From NCBI GenBank assembly GCA_034190465.1, contig JAXINV010000001.1, positions 3,804 through 19,735 of the forward strand: DNA of 15,932 bases, in the 5' to 3' direction. Below are positions 8,596-15,784 of this stretch, piece after piece. Under the pieces are notes generated by a model that was given only the letters and a program-made list of their open reading frames with translations, searched no databases and was not told where the DNA came from. Every line of letters begins with the position of its first letter. The first letter of the stretch is position 1. The translations under genes were made by a program, and so were the position numbers. This DNA comes from Candidatus Asbonarchaeum danakilense (GTDB taxonomy: Archaea; Nanohalarchaeota; Nanosalinia; Nanosalinales; Nanoanaerosalinaceae).

Positions 8596-8945
8596 TGTCC
8601 CTCCGCACAAAACGTATCTACGAGGATCCGGAGTCGGATGACGGGGAGCGCATCCTCGTCGACCGGCTCTGGCCCCGCGGCGTCGCGAAGGAGAACGCGG
8701 AGCTGGACGGCTGGATGCAGGAGATCGCTCCGTCGGACGAGCTCCGTGAATGGTTCGACCACGACGAGGGGAAGTGGGACGGCTTCGTCGACCGGTACCG
8801 CGACGAGCTCGCTGCGAAGGAGGAGCTGGTCGAGGAGCTCCGCCGGAAGGCGGACGACGGTACCGTGACGCTGCTGTACGCGGCGAAGGACAAACAGCAC
8901 AACAACGCGGTCGCACTCAAACAGATCATCGAGGACGATGCCTAA
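8595..8945 (+). CDS. DUF488 (YeaO-like) family protein
   Basis: [24 protein letters not shown]...[12 protein letters not shown]....W..F..RY..EL and [16 protein letters not shown], the typical YeaO/DUF488 signature. TGATG overlap with the dnaK stop. Confidence 0.93.
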   Translation: MSLRTKRIYEDPESDDGERILVDRLWPRGVAKENAELDGWMQEIAPSDELREWFDHDEGKWDGFVDRYRDELAAKEELVEELRRKADDGTVTLLYAAKDKQHNNAVALKQIIEDDA

Positions 8946-10005
8946 GGAGTACTATGAACTGCTCGGTGTCTCTGAGGATGCGTCGCAGGAGGAGATCAAG
9001 AAGGCGTACCGGAAGAAGGCGAAGAAATACCACCCGGATTCCGGCGCTGATTCTGCTGACGAGGAGAAGTTCAAGAAGATCAACAAGGCGTACCAGGTCC
9101 TCAGCGACGAGGAGAAGCGGAAGAAATACGACCGGTTCGGAAAGGAAGGGATCGACGCCAACGCCGCGTCGGGCGGCTTTTCTGACGTCCAGGATTTGTT
9201 CAACACGATCTTCGGCGGTGGGATGGGTGGCGGCCAGCGCGGTCGTGGCGAGTCGCCGCACCTGAAGATCCCGGTGACGGTGACGCTGGAGGAGGCGTAC
9301 AACGGCGTTGAGAAGACGTTCGAGGTTGACCGCCGCGCAGCCTGTGATGCCTGCGACGGCACCGGGGCTGTCGACGGCGCGACGGAGACGTGTTCGCGGT
9401 GTCAGGGCCGTGGCAAGGTCCGGGAGACGAAGCGGACGCCGTTCGGCCGGGCGCAGGTCGTGCAGGAATGCGACGAGTGCAACGGCCGCGGCGAGGTACC
9501 GGAGCAGGACTGTCCCGAGTGCGACGGCGACGGCGTGACGGAGCGCTCTGAGCAGGTGTCGGTCGACATCCCGCCCGGTGTCCGTGACGGCCAGCGTGTC
9601 CGGGTGCAGGGCAAGGGCAACCAGCTCCGTGACGGCAGGACGGGCGATCTGTTCCTGTACGTGACGGTCGAGGACCACGATGAGCTGGAGCGGAAGCAGG
9701 ACGATTTGTTCACCACGGTGACGGTCGGTGTCGGGGACGCTGTGCTGGGCGCGGACGTCGAGGTGCCGACCCCTGATGGCTCGGTCGCGGTCGATGTCCC
9801 GCCAGGCACGCAGCCGGGCCAGGTGCTGCGGCTGCAGGGCCAGGGCATGCCTGGACGCCGCGGGAACGGCGATCTGTACGTGAAGGTGGATGTCAGCGTG
9901 CCGGAACAGGTCAGCGAGGAGCAGGAACAGGTGTTCGAGCAGTTCCGCGAGGAGCCGGAGCGTGACCGTAACTTCTTCGAGTCCGTGAAGGACCTGATCA
10001 CGTGA
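8938..10005 (+). CDS. dnaJ: Molecular chaperone DnaJ (class A Hsp40)
   Basis: J-domain with HPD, short G/F region, four CxxCxGxG motifs ([32 protein letters not shown]) and C-terminal substrate-binding repeats. Confidence 0.98.
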   Translation: MPKEYYELLGVSEDASQEEIKKAYRKKAKKYHPDSGADSADEEKFKKINKAYQVLSDEEKRKKYDRFGKEGIDANAASGGFSDVQDLFNTIFGGGMGGGQRGRGESPHLKIPVTVTLEEAYNGVEKTFEVDRRAACDACDGTGAVDGATETCSRCQGRGKVRETKRTPFGRAQVVQECDECNGRGEVPEQDCPECDGDGVTERSEQVSVDIPPGVRDGQRVRVQGKGNQLRDGRTGDLFLYVTVEDHDELERKQDDLFTTVTVGVGDAVLGADVEVPTPDGSVAVDVPPGTQPGQVLRLQGQGMPGRRGNGDLYVKVDVSVPEQVSEEQEQVFEQFREEPERDRNFFESVKDLIT

Positions 10006-10042
10006 CCGCCACGCTTAAACCTGTCCCGGGATAGGTCGCTGT

Positions 10043-10189
10043 ATGCGGCAGTACCACGAGAAGGTCGAGCTGGAGGTCGACACGGAGGCGGGGACGGTCG
10101 AGGAGACCGACCGCTACCGGCTGGAGAAGCGACCTGAAGCGGTGCTGGACGAGGAGGTTGACTGGCTGCCGTACGACGTGGATCAGTGA
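10043..10189 (+). CDS. Small acidic hypothetical protein (48 aa)
   Basis: MRQYHEKVELEVDTEAGTVEETDRYRLEKRPEAVLDEEVDWLPYDVDQ. It has its own TTAAA box at 10015-10019, 23 nt before the ATG, GC-ending codons and acidic composition like its neighbours, and it fills the gap between dnaJ and the nitroreductase. Confidence 0.7.
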   Translation: MRQYHEKVELEVDTEAGTVEETDRYRLEKRPEAVLDEEVDWLPYDVDQ

Positions 10190-10797
10190 ACCTTGGTGAG
10201 GTCTCTGACGTCTTTCCTCATCTTCTGTGGCCGTGTTTCTTCGTCTTCGCCGAGCGGCACCAGGAACATCGGGCGTTCGTGGTCGGCGAGGTCGAGCGAC
10301 TGCGCGAGCAGGTCCTGGTCGAAGCCGCGGACGATGCAGGATCCCAGGCCGTGTGCCTCGGCGGATAGCTGGAGCTGGTAGGCGACGATGGCTGTCTGCT
10401 GGCAGAGGAAGCCGGTGACGAACTCGTCGCTCCGGTCGCTGTAGCCGCTGATCCGGTCGATCCGTTCGTCGACCCCGTCCCGGGTGTAGTAGTCTTTCTG
10501 GAACGCGTCCTCGAGTGCTTCCTCGGCGAAGGTGTCGATCCGTTCGTCGCCGGTTACCACGATGATCGTCGCGGCGTCGAGGAGAAATTCCTGGTCGTAG
10601 CTCGCCCGGTAGGCGTCCTCGATGCTCTCTTCTGATTCGAGGATGTGGAACCGCCAGGGCTGCAGGTTCCAGGCGGAGGGGCACTGTTGTGCGTGGTCGA
10701 GGATGTCGAGGACGGTGTCGCGCGGGACGTCGGCGTCGCCGAACCTGTGGGTGGACTGTCTGGTCTCCACGAGCCGGTCCAGGTGGTAGTCGGTCAT
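10183..10797 (-). CDS. Nitroreductase family protein (FMN-dependent)
   Basis: RQSTHRF, AQQCPSAWNLQPWRFHIL, LQLSAEAHGLGSCIVRGFD, FLVPLG and C-terminal K.RK. TTAAA box 22 nt upstream (10824-10820). Confidence 0.93.
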   Translation of the reverse strand: MTDYHLDRLVETRQSTHRFGDADVPRDTVLDILDHAQQCPSAWNLQPWRFHILESEESIEDAYRASYDQEFLLDAATIIVVTGDERIDTFAEEALEDAFQKDYYTRDGVDERIDRISGYSDRSDEFVTGFLCQQTAIVAYQLQLSAEAHGLGSCIVRGFDQDLLAQSLDLADHERPMFLVPLGEDEETRPQKMRKDVRDLTKVH

Positions 10798-10836
10798 GGG
10801 CGGGGCTTGGCGACGCTGGTTTAAGTCTCTTGCCGG

Positions 10837-11697
10837 TCAGCCCAGCAGGTCGCCGTAGGTGTTCTCGACCTTCTCCGCCTGGTAGTCCTTCGAGCCGCCT
10901 TTCCGCGCCCGGTTGACACCGGTCCGTTCCGGCAATGCGGCCATGTCGTCGTTCTCACCGGTGAAGACGACCGGGGCGTAGCTGCTGACCTCGTCGAGGT
11001 CGTTGCCGAAGTCGGTGAAGACCCAGAGCTCGTACCGGTCCTCGCCGTCGAGCTTGAGCAGGTATTCGGTGCCGTCGGCCTCGTCGATCAGCTCGCGGTA
11101 CTCGTCGGCCGCGTCAGGTCCCTCGTCGATGATCGGGGTGTCGATGGCGGGGCTTGTTCCGGTGAGCCGGTCCTTGATTCCTTTCACGGTCTCGTACAGC
11201 CGCTGACCGATCCCTGCGTCGTCCTCGTCGTGCTGGCCGGGGAACAGCTGCCCGACGTGGTCTGTGTCGTCGAGGACGGAGGCGATGTAGTCCTCGTCCT
11301 GGTCGTCGACGTCCGCGAGCCGCATGTAGTCGTTCAGCTCCTCGCGCAGGCCTTCCCACTTTGCGCCGTGGTAGAACGATTTGCCGGCCCCGCCGGCGGT
11401 CGCTGCGATGATGGTGCCGAACGCGGCTGCTGCGACCGGCTCGTGTGTGATCTGGCTGAATGTCTGTGGGTCGGCCCATGCGAGGCCGACAAGTGCGCTG
11501 TCGCCGAGCCCGCCGAGGACACTGATACCGCCGTACAGTTCGTACCTGTCGAACTGGCGTTCCTGTGCTTTGTAGGTCTCGTATGGGTCCTCGCGGATCC
11601 TGAAATCTTCGGGGTCTGGCCCGTCGAGGCCCAGTTCGGTGAGTTCGTCCGCAAGTTCTGCTTCGTTCTCCGCGTCCAGCTCCACCAGCAACTCCAT
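10837..11697 (-). CDS. Hypothetical acidic protein with two Gly/Ala-rich hydrophobic segments
   Basis: 286-aa acidic ORF, GAGGTG SD about 8 nt before the ATG, TTAAAA box at 11743-11738. Hydrophobic stretches LYGGISVLGGLGDSALVGLAWA and VAAAAFGTIIAATAGGAG. Confidence 0.8.
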   Translation of the reverse strand: MELLVELDAENEAELADELTELGLDGPDPEDFRIREDPYETYKAQERQFDRYELYGGISVLGGLGDSALVGLAWADPQTFSQITHEPVAAAAFGTIIAATAGGAGKSFYHGAKWEGLREELNDYMRLADVDDQDEDYIASVLDDTDHVGQLFPGQHDEDDAGIGQRLYETVKGIKDRLTGTSPAIDTPIIDEGPDAADEYRELIDEADGTEYLLKLDGEDRYELWVFTDFGNDLDEVSSYAPVVFTGENDDMAALPERTGVNRARKGGSKDYQAEKVENTYGDLLG

Positions 11698-11713
11698 TTT
11701 TGTTGCACCTCTC

Positions 11714-11729
11714 CGGTAATAAATTACCG
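11714..11729. repeat. 7-bp palindrome with 2-nt spacer, candidate operator
   Basis: CGGTAAT-AA-ATTACCG between the TATA box and the SD of the 10837..11697 gene. Confidence 0.55.
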
Positions 11730-11756
11730 CGCCGGCCTTTTAAGAATGGGGGTGGT

Positions 11757-12869
11757 TCACCGGAGTGTGCTTGCGAGGCGGGAGGCGAAGGGGCCGAGGA
11801 CGGTGAGGGTGAGGCCGGCGGTGAGGAAGGTGGCGAACAGTTCTGTGGAGAGCACGCCCATGCTCAACCCGATGCTGGCGGCTGTGGCGGTTATTGTGAT
11901 GCAGGGAGCGAACAGGTTGATCTTTTCGAAGTCGTAGACGATGTCGGAGACGGTTGCCAGGCCGCGGAACGCGGCGAGTCGGATGCCGTGGACGAGGACG
12001 GCCATGCCTGCGGCTGCCAGGAGGACGTCGCGGGTCACGGCGGTGAGTGGGAGCTGGGTGCCGATGCGGAAGAAGAAGATCGGGACCATCAGGTCGGCTA
12101 TCGGACTGATCCGTTCCTCGAGCTGGAGACCGCGGTGTGTGGATTCGGAGAAGAACAGGCCGGCCATGAATGCGCCGGTTGCGGCGTGGGTGCCGAGCTG
12201 TTCGGAGACGAGTGCCAGGGCGATGACGATGAAGAGGACGAGCTTGGTCTCGACGTTGACGGCGCTCTTTGAGCTGAGGAATTTGAGCTTGTCGACGAGC
12301 CGGGGGACGATGAAGATGGCGAACATGACGAATCCGAAGATGGCGAATGCCTGGGTGATGAGTGATCCTGAGGGGGCGTTCTGGCCCTGGACGAATGCGA
12401 CGAGCAGGCTGATCCCGATCATCTCGGAGAACATGGCGGCGTCCTTGATGAGGGTTGAATCGATGTTGCGCCGGTCCATCAACGGTGAGACCACGGCCAT
12501 GGCGGTGGAGGAGAGGCCGACGGCGATGAGGAGTGCGACGTAGGGCTGCATGAGCCAGGCGTACAGTGTGATGAACAGGAGGGTGGCGGGGACGAAGAAG
12601 GAGACGGTGGCGTATTTCAGGGATTCCTCCCACCGGTCCTTGACCCGGTCGACGTCGATGTCGAGCCCGATCTCGAACATGAGGATGAGCAGGCCCAGCT
12701 CTGCGAGGGCGGCAATCCACTGCTGCTGGACGATTGTCGGGGCGACTGCGGCTACGAGGATGCCTGTGATGACCTCGCCGGCCCGGACGTTGATGTGGAT
12801 TTTCTCAAGTATCGGGGGAAGGACGACGATCGCGAACCCGATCAAGAAAAGTGATTCGAGCATTGACAT
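11757..12869 (-). CDS. Cation:proton antiporter, CPA2/Kef-type membrane domain
   Basis: Multi-TM protein with LAELGLLILMFEIGLDID, GLSSTAMAVV, GAFMAGL and PIFFFRIG. No C-terminal KTN/TrkA domain. ATG 12869 (MSMLESL) preferred over the track start at 12893. Confidence 0.9.
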   Translation of the reverse strand: MSMLESLFLIGFAIVVLPPILEKIHINVRAGEVITGILVAAVAPTIVQQQWIAALAELGLLILMFEIGLDIDVDRVKDRWEESLKYATVSFFVPATLLFITLYAWLMQPYVALLIAVGLSSTAMAVVSPLMDRRNIDSTLIKDAAMFSEMIGISLLVAFVQGQNAPSGSLITQAFAIFGFVMFAIFIVPRLVDKLKFLSSKSAVNVETKLVLFIVIALALVSEQLGTHAATGAFMAGLFFSESTHRGLQLEERISPIADLMVPIFFFRIGTQLPLTAVTRDVLLAAAGMAVLVHGIRLAAFRGLATVSDIVYDFEKINLFAPCITITATAASIGLSMGVLSTELFATFLTAGLTLTVLGPFASRLASTLR

Positions 12870-12924
12870 GGTATGCAGCTTGTCAGGGCCCAAGCTATAT
12901 CAAAGCCACTATGGCCTGCTTCGC

Positions 12925-13227
12925 CTAGCCGATGATAAACGAGATGATGTCGGCGCGCTCAGGGTCGATCGAGATCTGGCTGCCTGAGGAGGAACCGCCT
13001 CGGACGCTGAGAAGCGGTTCGTAGTACTCGATGTACTCCTGTGCGAGCTCCTGGCTGTCGATGAAGGTCAGCGCGTTGACGATCTCGTTCTGGCTGGTCG
13101 GACCGTTCCTGTAGATGTGCTTCAGGAATTTCTTGTCGGATTCTGGCAGCAGCTGCGCGAACTGCTGGATATCTTCCCTGTTCGGGGAGTCTTTCTGCAT
13201 CAGTCGCTTGATCTGTTCGTCATTCAT
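12925..13227 (-). CDS. Small hypothetical protein, possible winged helix-turn-helix
   Basis: 100 aa. LPESDKKFLKHIYRNGPTSQNEIVNAL followed by a helix and a Gly/Ser wing-like hairpin (LSVRGGSSSGSQISID). GGAG SD and TTTTATGAA upstream. The fold assignment is pattern-based. Confidence 0.65.
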   Translation of the reverse strand: MNDEQIKRLMQKDSPNREDIQQFAQLLPESDKKFLKHIYRNGPTSQNEIVNALTFIDSQELAQEYIEYYEPLLSVRGGSSSGSQISIDPERADIISFIIG

Positions 13228-13402
13228 TGTGGCTCCCTGTCCTGTACTGTGGGAGGAAGATTCATAAAAGAGGGCGGCCGGATTGCCGTATTCCGGATGT
13301 TTCCGGTGGAAGATGGCGGGATATCGGTGATAGACCTGCCTGGGAGGGATTTATAAGGAGTCTATCCCTGATACGTTGGAGAACGTCCAGGCTCGAGGGC
13401 GA

Positions 13403-14506
13403 TCAGTCTTCGTCACTGCTGAGGAGGCTCTTCAGCTTGCTGCCTGCCTTTTTGGTGTACTCCCACGCGGTGGAGGCGCGGTCACGGTACCGGTCGGCGA
13501 CGATGCTGGTCGCGTTCCGGATGCCGGTGCTCCGCTCAGGGGTGTAGTCCTCCAGCACCTCGATGTCCATGTCGTGGTCGATCTCCTCGGTCTGTTCCCC
13601 CCGTTCTTCGGTGTCGCCCGTCTCTGTCTGTTCGACGACCCGTTCGGCGCTGAAGCCGCGGTCCTCCGGGGTCACGGTCTGGTAGTCAACATCGTCCTCC
13701 TCCAGTTTTGCCCTGAGATGGGAGTCCTCCTCGACATGGGCCTTCCCCATGACTGCGACGACCGGACCGTCGGACTCGCTGGCGTACTCCTCGATCCGTT
13801 CCGCCATGTACTCCTCCCGCTCCTCGTTGATGGCCTGTTCCCGTTCGTCGTCGCCTTCGTCGATGGCCCTGGCGTGCTGTTCTTTTTGCCCGTGTTTCGC
13901 CAGTGGCTTGAACGTGATATTGTTCCGGCCGATGTAGTCGACCAGTCGTTCACGGCCGGCGGTGCTGTTCGGCGCCTCCTCGGCATCAAGGAACCGTTCA
14001 TAGGTACTGCGGATGTTGCCGAGGGTGGCGGCCTCCTGCGTGTTGCCCGCGTCTGACTCCGCCTGCTCCCGCTGCGTGATGTCGTCGACCAGTGTGGAGA
14101 GGACGGCGGGGTGGAGCTCGTAGGCGGGCGTGGACAGCAGCTCGTCGCCGTCCTCGGGGACGACCCCGTCCGGTTTCGGGGTGTTATCTCCTCCCCCCAT
14201 GCCGTAGACGGCGTCCCCGTCGTATTCGTCGGCCTTCTCCTGTGCCTGCTGGGCGATGTAGTCGGGGTCGTGTTCGAGGATGGATCCGCCGTGCTGCGTG
14301 GAGTATGTCTTCTGCGCGTCGAAGACGGTCTTGTAGTCCTGTAGTGCCTGGAGATTGTAGGAGAGCAGCCCCTCGTCTTCCTCGTCGACGTGCTCTGACA
14401 GGACGTAGTCGGGGTCGGCCTGGTCGATGACCTGGACCTCCATGTCGGCGTGGTCCGCGACGTTGTGCTGCTCGCCGACGAGGTAGACATCGGGGTCGTC
14501 ACTCAT
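13403..14506 (-). CDS. Acidic protein of the TraB/PrgY/GumN - ChaN/EreA-like superfamily
   Basis: VYLVGEQH, PDYVLSE, EREEYMAERI and VVAVMGKAHV match the four conserved blocks of TraB/ChaN-like proteins. Long acidic insertion and C-terminal tail. Confidence 0.65.
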   Translation of the reverse strand: MSDDPDVYLVGEQHNVADHADMEVQVIDQADPDYVLSEHVDEEDEGLLSYNLQALQDYKTVFDAQKTYSTQHGGSILEHDPDYIAQQAQEKADEYDGDAVYGMGGGDNTPKPDGVVPEDGDELLSTPAYELHPAVLSTLVDDITQREQAESDAGNTQEAATLGNIRSTYERFLDAEEAPNSTAGRERLVDYIGRNNITFKPLAKHGQKEQHARAIDEGDDEREQAINEEREEYMAERIEEYASESDGPVVAVMGKAHVEEDSHLRAKLEEDDVDYQTVTPEDRGFSAERVVEQTETGDTEERGEQTEEIDHDMDIEVLEDYTPERSTGIRNATSIVADRYRDRASTAWEYTKKAGSKLKSLLSSDED

Positions 14507-14528
14507 GGGTAGATAACAGGCGGCGAGC

Positions 14529-14542
14529 TTGAAAAGTTTAAG
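14529..14542. promoter_or_regulatory. Overlapping divergent TATA/BRE elements
   Basis: Plus strand GAAAAG-TTTAAG, 28 nt before MFS ATG 14570. Minus strand TTTTCAA, 22 nt before ATG 14506. Confidence 0.5.
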
Positions 14543-14569
14543 TGTCTGCTGTCATCGTTCCTAACAGGT

Positions 14570-15724
14570 ATGCATCTCAGCGACTGGTTGGAACGGGTGG
14601 ATCTGGGGGAGGAGATCCAGGAGGTCTATCTGCACAGCTTCCTGTTCAAGCTGGCAGTCAACCTGATCGCGATCTTCCTGCCGCTGTACGTTCTGGAGCT
14701 GGGCTTCGGCCCGGTGACGGTGTTCACGTTCTTCTTCGCGTATTACGCGACGTATGTATTCTTCAGCTGGCCGAGCGCCTTTGTTGCCTCCCGGATCGGC
14801 TACAAGCACACGTCGCTGTTGGCCAGTCCGGTCATCCTCGGGTTCTACCTGCTGCTCCGGACGGTGGATCATTCCTGGCTGACGCTGCACCTGGTCGGGC
14901 TGCTGGGCGGGATCGGCTTCAACCTGTACTGGGCGGGGATGAACCCTGAGGTGGCGGAGAGCAGCCATAGTGAGGAACGGGATGCGGAGACGGGGCTGTT
15001 CTTCTCGATGCCGACGCTGGGCTCGATGCTGTCGCCATTTGTTGGCGGGTTGATCCTGGCGGTCTACGACTTCAATCTGCTGCTGTTGACGGCGGCTGTG
15101 CTGGTCGGTGCGTCGTTCCTGCCGTTCCTGTTCTCCCGGGAGCACCGTGAGGGCATGGCGGTCAGTCCACGGCTGTTCTACTCGTGGAGCCACGTGTACG
15201 ACTTCCTGACGTACGTGGGCAAGGGGGTGAACTCGATCGGGAAGAAGGTGCTGTGGCCGCTGTACTTGGCGGTCGTGATCAAGGGCTCGGTCAGCATCGG
15301 GGGAGCGGGTAGCCTTTTGGCGCTGGGCGGGGCGGTGACGAGCATTGTGCTCGGGAAGTACGTTGATGACGACAACCGTGGCCGGGTTATCGTGGTCGCG
15401 GCGTTCCTGACCGCTGCGTCCTTCCTGCTGATGTCGCAGGCGACTTCGTCGCTCCACGCGTTCGAGCTGTCGCTGTGGAATGGGCTGAGCTATACGGCAT
15501 TGAGCATCCCGATCTACAGCAGGGCGATGGACAATGCGGAGCGGGAGGACTATGTGGAGTACTTCGCGTTCCGGGAGACGGGGCTGGCTGTCGGGAGACT
15601 GGCGACGCTGGCTGCATTGTTCGCGGTCTTCACCGTGCTACCGTCGTCGATCCACTACCTGGCCGGGTTCGGGTTCGTGGCGGCGGGCGTGATGACGGTG
15701 GGCTACACGGCCCGGCGGCTGTGA
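14570..15724 (+). CDS. MFS transporter
   Basis: 384 aa, about 12 hydrophobic segments in two halves, motif-A-like loops (VASRIGYK; LGKYVDDDNRGR) and GSMLSPFVGGLI. Confidence 0.88.
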   Translation: MHLSDWLERVDLGEEIQEVYLHSFLFKLAVNLIAIFLPLYVLELGFGPVTVFTFFFAYYATYVFFSWPSAFVASRIGYKHTSLLASPVILGFYLLLRTVDHSWLTLHLVGLLGGIGFNLYWAGMNPEVAESSHSEERDAETGLFFSMPTLGSMLSPFVGGLILAVYDFNLLLLTAAVLVGASFLPFLFSREHREGMAVSPRLFYSWSHVYDFLTYVGKGVNSIGKKVLWPLYLAVVIKGSVSIGGAGSLLALGGAVTSIVLGKYVDDDNRGRVIVVAAFLTAASFLLMSQATSSLHAFELSLWNGLSYTALSIPIYSRAMDNAEREDYVEYFAFRETGLAVGRLATLAALFAVFTVLPSSIHYLAGFGFVAAGVMTVGYTARRL

Positions 15725-15727
15725 CTG

Positions 15728-15740
15728 TTCTCTCTTTCTT
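15728..15740 (+). terminator. Pyrimidine-rich putative archaeal terminator
   Basis: TTCTCTCTTTCTT just after the MFS stop. Confidence 0.35.
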
Positions 15741-15753
15741 CCGGACCCACACA

Positions 15754-15780
15754 TTTTTAAGATGTCACTGACAAGTGACA
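15754..15780 (+). promoter_or_regulatory. TATA box followed by a palindromic operator-like site
   Basis: TTTTTAAG at 15754-15761, then TGTCACT-GACA-AGTGACA at 15763-15780, then ATG at 15785. Confidence 0.6.
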
Positions 15781-15784
15781 ACCG

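Noticed and set aside
6415..8916. 833-aa antisense ORF opposite dnaK
   Set aside because: This is the well-known shadow frame of hsp70/dnaK genes, often mis-annotated as NAD-specific glutamate dehydrogenase. It arises from codon bias in GC-rich DNA, is Arg/Leu/Val-rich unlike the acidic proteome, and has no promoter.
13376..14056. 226-aa plus-strand ORF downstream of the orphan TATA
   Set aside because: TTG start, almost entirely antisense to the TraB-like gene, with typical shadow-frame composition.
13530..14460. Possible internal repeat in the TraB-like protein (DHADMEVQVIDQADPD vs DHDMDIEVLEDYTPE)
   Set aside because: Similarity is short and dominated by acidic residues. It cannot be distinguished from compositional bias without a statistical test.
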